NCBI GenBank assembly: GCA_951406725.2
Contig: OX597822.1
Span: 118,234,001-118,298,000 of the forward strand
Reading direction: 5' to 3'
DNA length: 64,000 nucleotides
DNA from: Octopus vulgaris
Lineage: Eukaryota
The position numbers and the translations under genes are program-made. Under the pieces are notes generated by a model. The model was not told the origin of the DNA. It saw only the letters and a program-made list of their open reading frames with translations, and searched no databases. Shown here piece by piece: positions 1 to 13,326 of this stretch; positions within the stretch are counted from its first letter, which is position 1; every line of letters begins with the position of its first letter.

Positions 1-18
1 TGTATGTATGTATGTATG

Positions 19-50
<32 letters not shown>

Positions 51-78
51 TGTATGTATATGTATGTATGTATGTATG

Positions 79-110
<32 letters not shown>

Positions 111-1072
111 TGTATGTATGTATGTATGTATGTATGTATGTATGTATGTATGTATGTATGTATGTATGTATGTATGTATGTATGTATGTATGTATGTATG
201 TATGTATGTATGTATGTATGTATGTATGTATGTATGTATGTATGTATGTATGTATGTATGTATGTATGTATGTATGTATGTATGTATGTATGTATGTATG
301 TATGTATGTATGTATGTATGTATGTATGTATGTATGTATGTATGTATGTATGTATGTATGTATGTATGTATGTATGTATGTATGTATGTATGTATGTATG
401 TATGTATGTATGTATGTATGTATGTATGTATGTATGTATGTATGTATGTATGTATGTATGTATGTATGTATGTATGTATGTATGTATGTATGTATGTATG
501 TATGTATGTATGTATGTATGTATGTATGTATGTATGTATGTATGTATGTATGTATGTATGTATGTATGTATGTATGTATGTATGTATGTATGTATGTATG
601 TATGTATGTATGTATGTATGTATGTATGTATGTATGTATGTATGTATGTATGTATGTATGTATGTATGTATGTATGTATGTATGTATGTATGTATGTATG
701 TATGTATGTATGTATGTATGTATGTATGTATGTATGTATGTATGTATGTATGTATGTATGTATGTATGTATGTATGTATGTATGTATGTATGTATGTATG
801 TATGTATGTATGTATGTATGTATGTATGTATGTATGTATGTATGTATGTATGTATGTATGTATGTATGTATGTATGTATGTATGTATGTATGTATGTATG
901 TATGTATGTATGTATGTATGTATGTATGTATGTATGTATGTATGTATGTATGTATGTATGTATGTATGTATGTATGTATGTATGTATGTATGTATGTATG
1001 TATGTATGTATGTATGTATGTATGTATGTATGTATGTATGTATGTATGTATGTATGTATGTATGTATGTATG

Positions 1073-1104
<32 letters not shown>

Positions 1105-1646
1105 TGTATGTATGTATGTATGTATGTATGTATGTATGTATGTATGTATGTATGTATGTATGTATGTATGTATGTATGTATGTATGTATGTATGTATGTA
1201 TGTATGTATGTATGTATGTATGTATGTATGTATGTATGTATGTATGTATGTATGTATGTATGTATGTATGTATGTATGTATGTATGTATGTATGTATGTA
1301 TGTATGTATGTATGTATGTATGTATGTATGTATGTATGTATGTATGTATGTATGTATGTATGTATGTATGTATGTATGTATGTATGTATGTATGTATGTA
1401 TGTATGTATGTATGTATGTATGTATGTATGTATGTATGTATGTATGTATGTATGTATGTATGTATGTATGTATGTATGTATGTATGTATGTATGTATGTA
1501 TGTATGTATGTATGTATGTATGTATGTATGTATGTATGTATGTATGTATGTATGTATGTATGTATGTATGTATGTATGTATGTATGTATGTATGTATGTA
1601 TGTATGTATGTATGTATGTATGTATGTATGTATGTATGTATGTATG

Positions 1647-1678
<32 letters not shown>

Positions 1679-1706
1679 TGTATGTATGTATGTGTATGTA
1701 TGTATG

Positions 1707-1738
<32 letters not shown>

Positions 1739-1820
1739 TGTATGTATGTATGTATGTATGTATGTATGTATGTATGTGTGTATGTATGTATGTATGTATG
1801 TATGTATGTATGTATGTATG

Positions 1821-1852
<32 letters not shown>

Positions 1853-2176
1853 TATGTATGTATGTATGTATGTATGTATATGTATGTATGTATGTATGTT
1901 TGTATGTATGTATGTATGTGTGTGTATGTATGTTTGTATGTATGTATGTATATGTATGTATGTATGTATGTATGTATATGTATGTATGTATGTATGTATG
2001 TATATGTATGTATGTATGTATGTTTGTATGTATGTATGTATGTGTGTGTATGTATGTTTGTATGTATGTATGTATGTGTGTGTATGTATGTATGTATGTA
2101 TGTATGTATGTATGTATGTATGTATGTATGTATGTATGTATGTATGTATGTATGTATATGTATGTATGTATGTATG

Positions 2177-2208
<32 letters not shown>

Positions 2209-2368
2209 TGTATGTATGTATGTATGTATGTATGTATGTGTATGTATGTATGTATGTATGTATGTATGTATGTATGTATGTATGTATGTATGTATGTATG
2301 TATGTATGTATGTATGTATGTATGTATGTATATGTATGTATGTATATGTATGTATGTATGTATGTATG

Positions 2369-2400
<32 letters not shown>

Positions 2401-2406
2401 TGTATG

Positions 2407-2438
<32 letters not shown>

Positions 2439-2508
2439 TGTATGTATGTATGTATGTATGTATGTATGTATGTATGTATGTATGTATGTATGTATGTATG
2501 TATGTATG

Positions 2509-2540
<32 letters not shown>

Positions 2541-2578
2541 TGTATGTATGTATGTATGTATGTTTGTATGTATGTATG

Positions 2579-2610
<32 letters not shown>

Positions 2611-2622
2611 TATGTATGTATG

Positions 2623-2654
<32 letters not shown>

Positions 2655-2856
2655 TGTATGTTTGTATGTATGTATGTATGTATGTATGTATGTATGTATG
2701 TATGTATGTTTGTATGTATGTATGTATGTGTGTGTATGTATGTATGTATGTATGTATGTATGTATGTATGTATGTATGTATGTATGTATGTATGTATGTA
2801 TGTATGTATGTATGTATGTGTGTGTATGTATGTATGTATGTATGTATGTATGTATG

Positions 2857-2888
<32 letters not shown>

Positions 2889-3242
2889 TGTATGTATGTA
2901 TGTATGTATGTATGTATGTATGTATGTATGTATGTATGTATGTATGTATGTATGTATGTATGTATGTATGTATGTATGTATGTATGTATGTATGTATGTA
3001 TGTATGTATGTATGTATGTATGTATGTATGTATGTATGTATGTATGTATGTATGTATGTATGTATGTATGTGTGCATGTATGTATGTATGTATGTATGTA
3101 TGTATGTATGTATGTATGTATGTATGTATGTATGTATGTATGTATGTATGTATGTATGTATGTATGTATGTATGTATGTATGTATGTATGTATGTATGTA
3201 TGTATGTATGTATGTATGTATGTATGTATGTATGTATGTATG

Positions 3243-3274
<32 letters not shown>

Positions 3275-3288
3275 TGTATGTATGTATG

Positions 3289-3320
<32 letters not shown>

Positions 3321-3558
3321 TGTATGTATGTATGTATGTATGTATGTATGTATGTATGTATGTATGTATGTATGTATGTATGTATGTATGTATGTATGTA
3401 TGTATGTATGTATGTATGTATGTATGTATGTATGTATGTATGTATGTATGTGTGTATGTATGTATGTATGTATGTATGTATGTATGTATGTATGTATGTA
3501 TGTATGTATGTATGTATGTATGTATGTATGTATGTATGTATGTATGTATGTATGTATG

Positions 3559-3590
<32 letters not shown>

Positions 3591-3908
3591 TGTATGTATG
3601 TATGTATGTATGTATGTATGTATGTATGTATGTATGTATGTATGTATGTATGTATGTATGTATGTATGTATGTATGTATGTATGTATGTATGTATGTATG
3701 TATGTATGTATGTATGTATGTATGTATGTATGTATGTATGTATGTATGTATGTATGTATGTATGTATGTATGTATGTATGTATGTATGTATGTATGTATG
3801 TATGTATGTATGTATGTATGTATGTATGTATGTATGTATGTATGTATGTATGTATGTATGTATGTATGTATGTATGTATGTATGTATGTATGTATGTATG
3901 TATGTATC

Positions 3909-3939
<31 letters not shown>

Positions 3940-3957
3940 TGTATGTATGTATGTATC

Positions 3958-3988
<31 letters not shown>

Positions 3989-4122
3989 TGTATGTATGTA
4001 TGTATGTATGTATGTATGTATGTATGTATGTATGTATGTATGTATGTATGTATGTATGTATGTATGTATGTATGTATGTATGTATGTATGTATGTATGTA
4101 TGTATGTATGTATGTATGTATC

Positions 4123-4153
<31 letters not shown>

Positions 4154-4700
4154 TGTATGTACGTACGTATGTATGTATGTATGTATGTACGTACGTACGT
4201 ATGTGTGCATGTATGTGTGTATGTATGTATGTGTGTATGTGTATGTATGTATGTATGTATGTAATGTATGTATGTGTGTATGTATGTATGTATGTAATGT
4301 ATGTATGTATCATATGTATGTATGTATGTATGTATGTAATGTATGTATGTATGTATGTATGTATGTATGTATGTATGTATGCATGTATGTATGTGTATGT
4401 ATGTATGTATGTTTGTATGTATGTATGTATGTATGTATGTTTGTATGTATGTATGTATGTATGTATGTATGTATGTATGTATGTATGTATGTATGTGTGT
4501 ATGTATGTATGTACGTATGTATGTATGTATGTGTGTATGTATCTGTGTATGTATGTATGTGTGTATGTATGTATGTATGTATGTATGTATGTATGTGTGT
4601 ATGTATGTATGTATGTATGTATGTATGTATGTATGTGTGTATGCATGTTTGTACGTATGTATGTATGTATGTGTGTATGTATGTATGTGTATGTGTGCGT
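1..4700. repeat. Very long (TATG)n tetranucleotide array, decaying toward its right end
   Basis: Nearly uninterrupted TATG units, with sporadic TA, TGTG, TTTG and CATA variants. The 1400-1600 aa MYVC ORFs are artefacts of this repeat. Confidence 0.99.
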
Positions 4701-4852
4701 AAATATATATATAGATATATATGTATATATATATGTATGTATATATATATATATATATACATATATGTATATACACCCATGTATGTCCGTGTGTATAAGT
4801 GCGAATGTGTGCGTTCGCGTGTGAGTGTGTATGTGTAAGAGTGAGAGAAAGA

Positions 4853-5105
4853 AGGCACGTGGCTTAGTGGTTAGGGTTAGAGTAAGGTTGTAAGGTCATG
4901 GGTTCGATACCTGGTGGTGCGTTGTCTCCTTGAGCAATACACTTCATTTCACGTTGCTCCAGTCCACTTCCCAAGCAAAAATGAATTATACCTGTTATCC
5001 AAAAGGCTAGCCTTGTCTCTGGAGTGGTCAGCCATCTTTCCCGATCAGGCTGCTCCGTTGATTTGATCAACTGAAACACTCGTCGTTGTAACCGACGGGA
5101 AGCCA
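4853..5105 (+). mobile_element. tRNA-derived SINE (family B, CORE-like centre), diverged
   Basis: A-box TGGCTTAGTGG and B-box GGTTCGATACC, followed by CCTTGAGCAATACACTTCATTTCACGTTGCTCCAGTCCAC. That segment is shared with the copy at 50870-51115. Confidence 0.8.
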
Positions 5106-5108
5106 GAC

Positions 5109-5186
<78 letters not shown>

Positions 5187-5207
5187 TCACACACATATAT
5201 ATACACA

Positions 5208-5243
<36 letters not shown>

Positions 5244-5362
5244 TGTATGATTTAACATATGACTTTATCGCTCCGTGTACATGTATAAGCACATAGATAC
5301 ATAGAGAAATTATAAACATGCGTAAGAGTGTATATATATATATGTATATATGTGTTTGTGTT

Positions 5363-5455
<93 letters not shown>

Positions 5456-5939
5456 ATATATATGTGTTGTGTAATGAAGACCTGGTGGTTAAGAATTTAA
5501 TTCTCAGTCATGAGGTCCTGGGGTCGATCTCACAGCGTGACATCTTAATAAAGCGCCTTTTTCATGAGCCTGTATTGACGTACTCTTTTACAAGCGATAT
5601 TGAATAGAGAGAAATTTTGGAGGAGACTGTACGGAGCAATGTGTCCACATTCACTGTCTCATTTTGATTTTGTTACATGTGTCTGTAGGATATTCAGCCA
5701 CTTACATTGTAATTCAATGAGCAGATAGTTTAGTTGATCAAACAGCTGGAATAATCATCTACGATGCTCACAAGAAACCATTTAGTTTATTGTGTAATCA
5801 ATGAAAGACATTAAATGGAGCATAGCTTTATTACTTATAAACGTATATTCATAGACATATATTCTTAGATATTATATATTCATATACATGTGTATGTCTA
5901 CGTATGTATGTATGTATATATGTATGTATGTATATATGT

Positions 5940-6272
5940 ATGTATGCAATTGATTTGGTAGACGGAACTGAATGAAGACGGTTGTATGTATGTATGTATG
6001 TATATGTGTGTGTGCGTGTATGTGTGTGTATGTGTGTGTATGTGTGTGTGTGTGTGTTTGTGTGTGTCTTTTTGTCTGTGTTTGTCCCCCACCCCCACCA
6101 CCACTTGACAGCTATTGTTGGTGTGCTTGCGTCCAATAACTTAGCGGTTGGCCAAAAGAGGATAACTACGAGATTTTAAATGATTACTGGGGTCAATTCA
6201 TTCGATTAAAAAATTTTTCAATGCGGTGCTCCAGCATGACCGATTTCTAATGACTGAAACAAGTAAAAGAGA
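5940..6272 (+). mobile_element. SINE family A, 5'-truncated copy
   Basis: Matches the body and 3' end of the 60103-60515 copy (GATTTGGTAGACGGAACTGA ... GCGGTGCTCCAGCATG ... TGACTGAAACAAGTAAAAGAG). Confidence 0.8.
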
Positions 6273-6576
6273 AAGGCAACTTTCTAGGCAAGCGGGCACA
6301 CATTTATATAATCCATATCTTTGTATGTGTGAGTATGTGTGTACGTGCGTGCTTGTGTGTGTATGTGTGTGTGGGGGGGATGAATACAAATGGAAATTTA
6401 AAACTTTCTACAGCCGTTTCGGTAAATTTTATTTATGTATTAGGTTACATCATAGCAAAAATCTACCATCTTCAAAAAATCTTTTTAACTAGTATAAACA
6501 TGCAAAGCAAAGCCAAAGTAAAGCCTTGATGAGATAACATATCCAAAAAACAAAGTATTGAATAAGTATTGAAAAT

Positions 6577-6659
6577 ATTTATCGAACGATGGTGGATTTA
6601 TGCTATGGTGTCATTTACGAATGCATCAATAAAATTCACTCGAAACAGCTGTAGTAAAT
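6577..6659 (+). ncRNA. Decayed type I hammerhead motif, same family as 18020-18104
   Basis: Reads atttat-CGAACGA-tggtggattta...aataaaattcactc-GAAAC-agct-GTA-gtaaat. The flanks align with the intact 18020 copy, but the CTGATGA box is mutated. Confidence 0.55.
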
Positions 6660-6897
6660 TTTGAATCCCATTTGAGTTTTTTGTACCCAGGCCGCACTCA
6701 GAACCCGCCCTGAGACGGATCTACGGTTTAAATTGGACTTGGTTCTTACATATAAACATAACTAAATGTACAGTCCAAACATGATACCTCATGGTTGCTC
6801 TACCTCACCGTGAACTCTATGTTATGGTACCTAGCCAGATCTGACGCCCTACGTGCTGATGCACCTAGAGTCTAATGAATCCTATAACTAACTATAA

Positions 6898-6930
<33 letters not shown>

Positions 6931-6934
<4 letters not shown>

Positions 6935-8705
6935 CTTAGAATAACTTAGAAAGGTTTTGCCCAGTATTGGCCCAGGCCATGTCTAACTTAATAGCACCAC
7001 CTGGCGAAGTCTTTCAGTTCAGGATTTGGGCACCAAGGCCCATTCGAGCAGAGAGTTATTGTTTGCGGAGACATATCCGGGTGTGGGTGGTTTGTCCAGT
7101 ACTGTTTGAAGGAATTTGTCCAAAGACTTCTTGAATTTTGTGTGGTCAGTTTCTGTTTTGACGTGTCCTGGTGTAATGTTGAAGAGAGCGGGTCCAATTG
7201 AGGTGAAATAGTTGTGCCGTATTGTCGTTATGTGATGCGATTTAGATTTTTGTTGTGGACGGATGGCACGTGGTCCAAGCCTTGGATGCATTTTGAAGGT
7301 GATGCCAACATCATTCTGACAGTGCTGATGGAATATTTTCCACATCATACAGATAATGTAGCGTTCACGGCGTCGTTGGAGTGAATACAATTTCAGCTTC
7401 TCTAGTCTACCCCAGTAGTCAAGGTCTGACATGCCATCTATCTTTTTTGTGATTGACCTTTGGGGAGCTTCAATTCTCATAATATTTTGTTTTGTGTAGG
7501 GAGACCACAGTGGACAGCAGTATTCAAGGTGGGGTCGGGCAAAAGTGGAGAAGAAAAGGATAATAGCGTGGGAATCTCTCGACTGGAAGGTTCTGAGAAT
7601 ACAGGAACACATTCTGCGGGCCGTGTCAACTTTGCTGCTTATATGTGTAGCCCAGCTTATGTTGTTGTCCACTGTTACTCCCAAGTCTCTGATGTTGTTG
7701 GATGCCATGAGAATTTCTCCAGAAGGAAGAGAGTATGGGAGTTTCAGAGCGTCCTCCCTTCCAAAGTGGATCAGTTCGAATTTGTCTTCATTTAGCAACA
7801 TGTTATTCTTTTCCGCCCATTGGACAACAGCCAGTAGGTCTGACTGAAGGTTTATTCGGTCATCTACGCCATTGATGACCTTCTGGAGCTTGGAATCATC
7901 AGCGAAGATTCTGATGTTACTGTGTTTGATGGTGTCAGTAATATCATTAATGTAGATGATGAAGAGAAGTGGGCCCAACACAGTGCCTTGTGGGACACCA
8001 CTGCTGACTTTGGCTGGGCTGGATTTGACTCCTTCGACTACAACATGTTGGGTTCTGTTAGACAGGAAGCACTTGATCCACTGCAGCAGCTTTCCAGTGA
8101 CACCAATATTGGACAGCTTTCTCAGAAGGATCTTATGATCAACCCTGTCAAAGGCCTTGCTGAAATCAAGGTAGATGACATCAGTGTTGGAACCTTCTCC
8201 CAAGGCTCTCAAAATGTCATCAAAATGATGCAGTAGCTGCGTCAGACAATCTCTCCCATTACGGAATCCATGCTGGTTGGGGTTCAGCATATTATGACTT
8301 TCAAGGAAGTGAGTCATACGCGATCTCAGCACCCTCTCAAATACCTTGATGATATGAGAGGTGAGTGAGATTGGACGGTAATTCACGGCAAGCGATTTGT
8401 TTCCTTTTTTGAAAACTGGGACAACAGACTGGGATAGAAGGTCTTCTGGTATATATCCAGCATCCAGTGAGTTCCGCCACAGATTGGCTAGAGGGGGTGC
8501 AAGTTGGTTTTGACACATCTTCAAGACACAAGCAGGGAACCTATCGGGACCTACTGCTGAATTATGCTTCATTTCCTTTATTGCTGCTAAGACATCAGGA
8601 GCGCCAAATGTTATGTCCGATAAAGTGTATTGGGGAGTAACATCACTGATACAGCCCAGATCAGTCATATCAGGATTGCTGAAAACAGAGCAATATTGTT
8701 TCTGC
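6931..8705 (-). mobile_element. 5'-truncated non-LTR retrotransposon (CR1/L2/Crack group) with open RT region
   Basis: Open frame ending at 7019 with [51 protein letters not shown] and [11 protein letters not shown]. It has a short 3' UTR and a (TTCTAAGTTA)-type tandem tail abutting (TA)n. Confidence 0.93.
7019..8705 (-). CDS. LINE ORF2 reverse transcriptase (N-terminally truncated, no endonuclease domain)
   Basis: About 560 uninterrupted codons with canonical non-LTR RT motifs. The N-terminal YIYI residues in the ORF track come from (TA)n. Confidence 0.85.
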
Positions 8706-8787
8706 ATATATATATATATATATATCACGCAACAACCGATATATATATATATATATATATGCAGAAACAATATTGCTCTGTTTTCAG

Positions 8788-8791
<4 letters not shown>
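8675..8791. repeat. Inverted duplication (fold-back) at the LINE 5' truncation point
   Basis: ATTGCTGAAAACAGAGCAATATTGTTTCTGCAT and its exact reverse complement flank (TA)n-C-ACGCAACAACC-G-(AT)n. Confidence 0.95.
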
Positions 8792-8847
<56 letters not shown>

Positions 8848-8914
8848 CACCATCAGCATATAACTTGAAGCGAAAATGAAATGTAAATCTGAGAACTTCT
8901 GAAGCATCTTACGT

Positions 8915-9017
8915 CACCTGACGAGGCTCTCATGCACTGTGCGTTGCACCTGGTGTTATTACATCGTTACACGCCCATCAGGGAGCAGTGCAGAATAAAA
9001 ACGAAACGATCGTTGTG
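8915..9017 (+). ncRNA. Type I hammerhead ribozyme candidate with 78-nt helix II region
   Basis: Reads cac-CTGACGA-g...TGCACTG...CAGTGCA...c-GAAAC-gatc-GTT-gtg. Helix III is palindromic (ACGATCGT) and AATAAA follows at 9020-9025. It lies in a ~215-bp unique island between (TA)n tracts. Confidence 0.7.
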
Positions 9018-9106
9018 CAAATAAATGCTTCTAGTTACACTTCGACTTCCGTATTAATTTTTTAATATATATACATACATACATATAATATATATATATA
9101 AATATG

Positions 9107-9138
<32 letters not shown>

Positions 9139-9155
9139 GTATGTATATATATATG

Positions 9156-9233
<78 letters not shown>

Positions 9234-9320
9234 CATATATATATATACATATATATATATGCATATATATATATGTATGTATATATCTATATATGTACGT
9301 ATAAGTGTGTATGTATCTAC

Positions 9321-9373
<53 letters not shown>

Positions 9374-9490
9374 CATATCTAATATATAAAATGTCTGCAC
9401 AGACATAGACACAAATGGACACCTACGTTCATAAATATGTACTAATTCTACACATGTGTGTATACATACATACATACATACATACATACA

Positions 9491-9521
<31 letters not shown>

Positions 9522-9727
9522 CTATGTGCATTACACTAATATACTGCATAAAGCTGATATACTGTTGGATAATGCAAATATCACGAGTGTATCTGATATT
9601 CAATAATAATCGATCTTTCTCATACAATATCATTTGTTTCTCCCTGTTTCTCTCTCTCACTCATACTCTCTGACTCCACTTTCCGACCCAATTACCCAGC
9701 TTTCCATTAATATCTCTTTTTTACCTA

Positions 9728-9785
<58 letters not shown>

Positions 9786-10021
9786 CCTGTTTGTCGAGCA
9801 GTCTAGTATTCTCCATCTCTTTCTGTTTCTGTCTCCGTCTTGCTCTCTCTCTCTCCCCCTCTCCCTTTGTGTCTGATTATCTATCGATCTATCTATCAAT
9901 CTATGTGCATGAATGTTTGAACAGATATCTTTGTACACATGTATGTAGGTATACATGTATACATGTAAGTATGTGGGTATGTATTTAAGCACATATGTAC
10001 GTATGTAATAATGCAAATACG

Positions 10022-10106
<85 letters not shown>

Positions 10107-10299
10107 GAGTGTGTCTATGAGTGTGTGGGTGCCTCTGTTTGTGTGTGGTGTAAACAGAGGGGATCAGGTAGATCTCAGCAGATTAAATAGTTAACAGGTA
10201 ATTCAGTTGGTCGGTTCAGTAATCCTTAGACAGTTGTTCACTGGTCCCAGGGATCCTTTCGTGTTTGCTCAATATATATCGTTTATCTTGTTACTTTTT

Positions 10300-10468
10300 T
10301 TCACCGCCCTGAAGAACTTTTAGTCGATTTATCGATCAATGGACTTATTTTGTAAAACCCGGCACTTAGTCTATCGGACTCTTTTGCCGAACCGTTACGA
10401 TACATGGCGTAAATACACGAGCATTGGTTGTCAAGCGGTGATGGAGGAACGAACATAGACATAAAGAT

Positions 10469-10549
<81 letters not shown>

Positions 10550-10721
10550 CATATATGACGGTCGCCTTTCCATTTTCGACTACCTAATCCACTCACAAGG
10601 CTCTGGTCATCCCGACGCCATAGTAGAAAACACTTGTCCAAGGCGCTGTCACGTAGTAGGACTAAAACTGGAACCATGTGGCTGAGAATCATGCTTCTTA
10701 CCACACAGCCACGCCTACGCC
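10300..10721 (-). mobile_element. SINE family A with internal (TA)n/(CA)n
   Basis: Reverse complement of the 60103-60515 type. Confidence 0.85.
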
Positions 10722-10769
10722 TCTGTGGGCTTGTGTGTGAGTGATTTTGTGTGTGTGTCTGTGTGTGTG

Positions 10770-10946
10770 TATGGATCAAAAAAGTTCCAATCAAACTGCT
10801 TGGTACTCTGATGTTGCTAGTTTTCGGTAATTGAGGACGAAGACTAGCGACACGCTTGAAACTCAGAGTACCAAGGAGTTTCAATCAAACTGTTTCGATC
10901 CATATATGTAACTCCCAATAAATGTGTTGTGTGCCCTTCTTTCGTT

Positions 10947-10950
<4 letters not shown>
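10770..10950. repeat. Imperfect fold-back element with one-sided AATAAA tail
   Basis: Nested pairings TATGGATC/GATCCATA, TTGGTACTCTGA/TCAGAGTACCAA and TGTTGCTAGTTTTCG/CGAAGACTAGCGACA. A tail containing AATAAA then runs into (TA)n. Confidence 0.75.
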
Positions 10951-10986
<36 letters not shown>

Positions 10987-11061
10987 GATAATATAAGGGA
11001 ATATGATTCCAAACTTACTGGGAAAAATTCAATTTAGTAATACTAAATCAAATTTCACTAA

Positions 11062-11101
<40 letters not shown>

Positions 11102-11513
11102 CTTTACTCTTTTACTGGTCTCAGTTTTCTCAGTCATTTGACTGCGGCCATGCTGGAGCACCGCCTTTAGTCGAGCAAATTGACCCCAGGACTTAATCTT
11201 TGGAAGCCTAGTACTTATTCTATCGGTCTCTTTTGCTGAACCGCTAGGTTAAGGGGACGTAAACACACCAGCATCAGTTGTTGCGTGATATTGTGGGGAC
11301 AAAGACGGCCACACAAACATATACACACGCATACATACATATATACATATATACGACGGGCTTCTTTCAGCTTCCGTCTACCAAATCCACTCACAAGGCT
11401 CTAGTCGGCCCGAGGCTATAGTAAAAAATACTTGCCCAAGGTGCCACGCAGTGTAAATGAACCCGGAACCATGTGGTTGGTAAGCAAGCTACTTACCAAA
11501 CAGCCACTCCTGC
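11102..11513 (-). mobile_element. SINE family A, full length
   Basis: Near-complete reverse complement of 60103-60515, including the (GAGTAAAA) tail. Confidence 0.92.
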
Positions 11514-11882
11514 TTGCCAAAAAAACACGCGCTGATTATAGTTGACGTTTTTAATTAAATAATTGAATTCTTATTTCAAAGTTTTTCTCCATACCCGAGT
11601 TGCGTTTTCATTTAGTTCTCTGCTTTTGGTAATGCTCGAAATGGTCAAAGAATGGTAGCGACAGATTATGAAATGATATTCAATTAATTAAGACGTGAGC
11701 AGGAAGCAGAAAGCGTGTTTTTCTTGGCATCAGGCCTTCTTCTGAAAGTACAGTGCCAACTTCTGAACATTGTTATACATCAACAATCTTGAGAAACAAA
11801 TACGATATGCGGTATATGTGTGTGTGTATGCATGTATGTACACACACACACACACACAAACACACGCTCACACACACGCACG

Positions 11883-11944
<62 letters not shown>

Positions 11945-12159
11945 CATAAGTTATGCTTTATATACTTATAAATTTGAAATTTGTATTCGTAGTACCTTTA
12001 GATATTGACAAAACTATCCATTTAAAATACTCGTGATGTACTTGATAGCTATATATATTTCTGCGTGTGTGTGTGTATGTGTATGTGTGTGCTTGTGTGA
12101 GTGTGTGTGTGAATATATATGCAATGCATATATGAATATATGAATATATATATTCTTTT

Positions 12160-12290
12160 ATTATTTTACTTGTTTCAGTCATTTGATTGCAGCCATGCTG
12201 GAGCACCGCCTTTTTAGTCGAACATATCAACCCCAAGACTTATTCTGTGTAAACCTAGTACTTATTCTAACGGTCTGTTTTGCCGAACCA
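12160..12290 (-). mobile_element. SINE family A, 3' fragment
   Basis: Contains TACTTGTTTCAGTCATTTGA..GCCATGCTGGAGCACCGCC. Confidence 0.8.
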
Positions 12291-12631
12291 TAAACACATA
12301 CACACATCTATGTATGTATGTATACATAACGGGTCTTTTAAATAAACTTCTTTTATATTCTTTGAAGATAACATGAATAGCGGGAACAAATTAAAATTTG
12401 TAAGAAAAATTTGAGAATATAATGAATAGTCTTATATACAAGCTTGATTTTGCAAAAATTAATGTTTTTTTGAAGGGTAGATTTCCTATTCTAATGATTA
12501 AACATATGTAATATAAAACATAAGTATTATAACTATATGTGTTTACGTATAAGTGTTTTGCGCTATATAATTCAGCAAGTGATGTGAAAAAGCAATCCCC
12601 ATGGAAAAACAAACTGATAATTTATACTAAA

Positions 12632-13029
12632 CTAGCAGTATCGCCCGGCGTTGCTCGGGTTTGTAAGGGAAATAACTATATAAGCATTTTTAGAGAGTTA
12701 TAGCCAAAAATTAGCAAATAAATGCATTAAAAATGGAAAAGAAATCATGGTAAATTTTTTTTTAAATCGTTGACTCATCGTAGACATTTTTAGAGAGTTA
12801 CTTCCCTTATATAATAGCGAAAAAATGCATTAAAATGGAAAAAAATGATGGTAAATTTTTTTTTAAATCGTAGACTCATCGTAGACGCGCGCTAATACCC
12901 AGAAGGGCTCGGTATGAATCACGACTATAAGATACCCGGTTTTGGTTAAACTGCACCGCAAAATGTGGGAGTAGTTAGGAATCTAAATCGTAGGAGACAG
13001 ACACACAACTTCACTTTTATATATAAAGA
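12632..13029 (-). mobile_element. Non-autonomous Helitron
   Basis: On the minus strand it starts a|TCTTTATATATAAAA and ends with the hairpin CCCGAGCAACGCCGGG, a short spacer and CTAG|t. It is inserted between A and T with no TSD, and carries an internal imperfect direct duplication of about 100 bp. Confidence 0.88.
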
Positions 13030-13326
13030 TATCACATAACTACGGATTTGCAGATTACTATTTGCTTCGTGTATGAAGTAGGAAGATCCACTTTGAGTCG
13101 TAACCTTATTAGAAACCTATCTTTAACCACTCTTCGAATTTAATTCAAAACATAAATGGCTGCCAATGTAATCCAGGGTGATCAGAAAGAAATAATGAAA
13201 TTGAGATTATGCTGATTGCATGACAGAGGAGACGAAATGTGTGACGTTGGACTCATATGTCTGATGCTTTTACTTGGTTAAATTCTCTCTTGTTTAGTAT
13301 ATAGTATAATAAAAAACGATAAACGT

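Noticed and set aside
4-4838. 1400-1600 aa ORFs (MYVC repeats) in three frames
   Set aside because: They are stop-free translations of (TATG)n with no coding signal.
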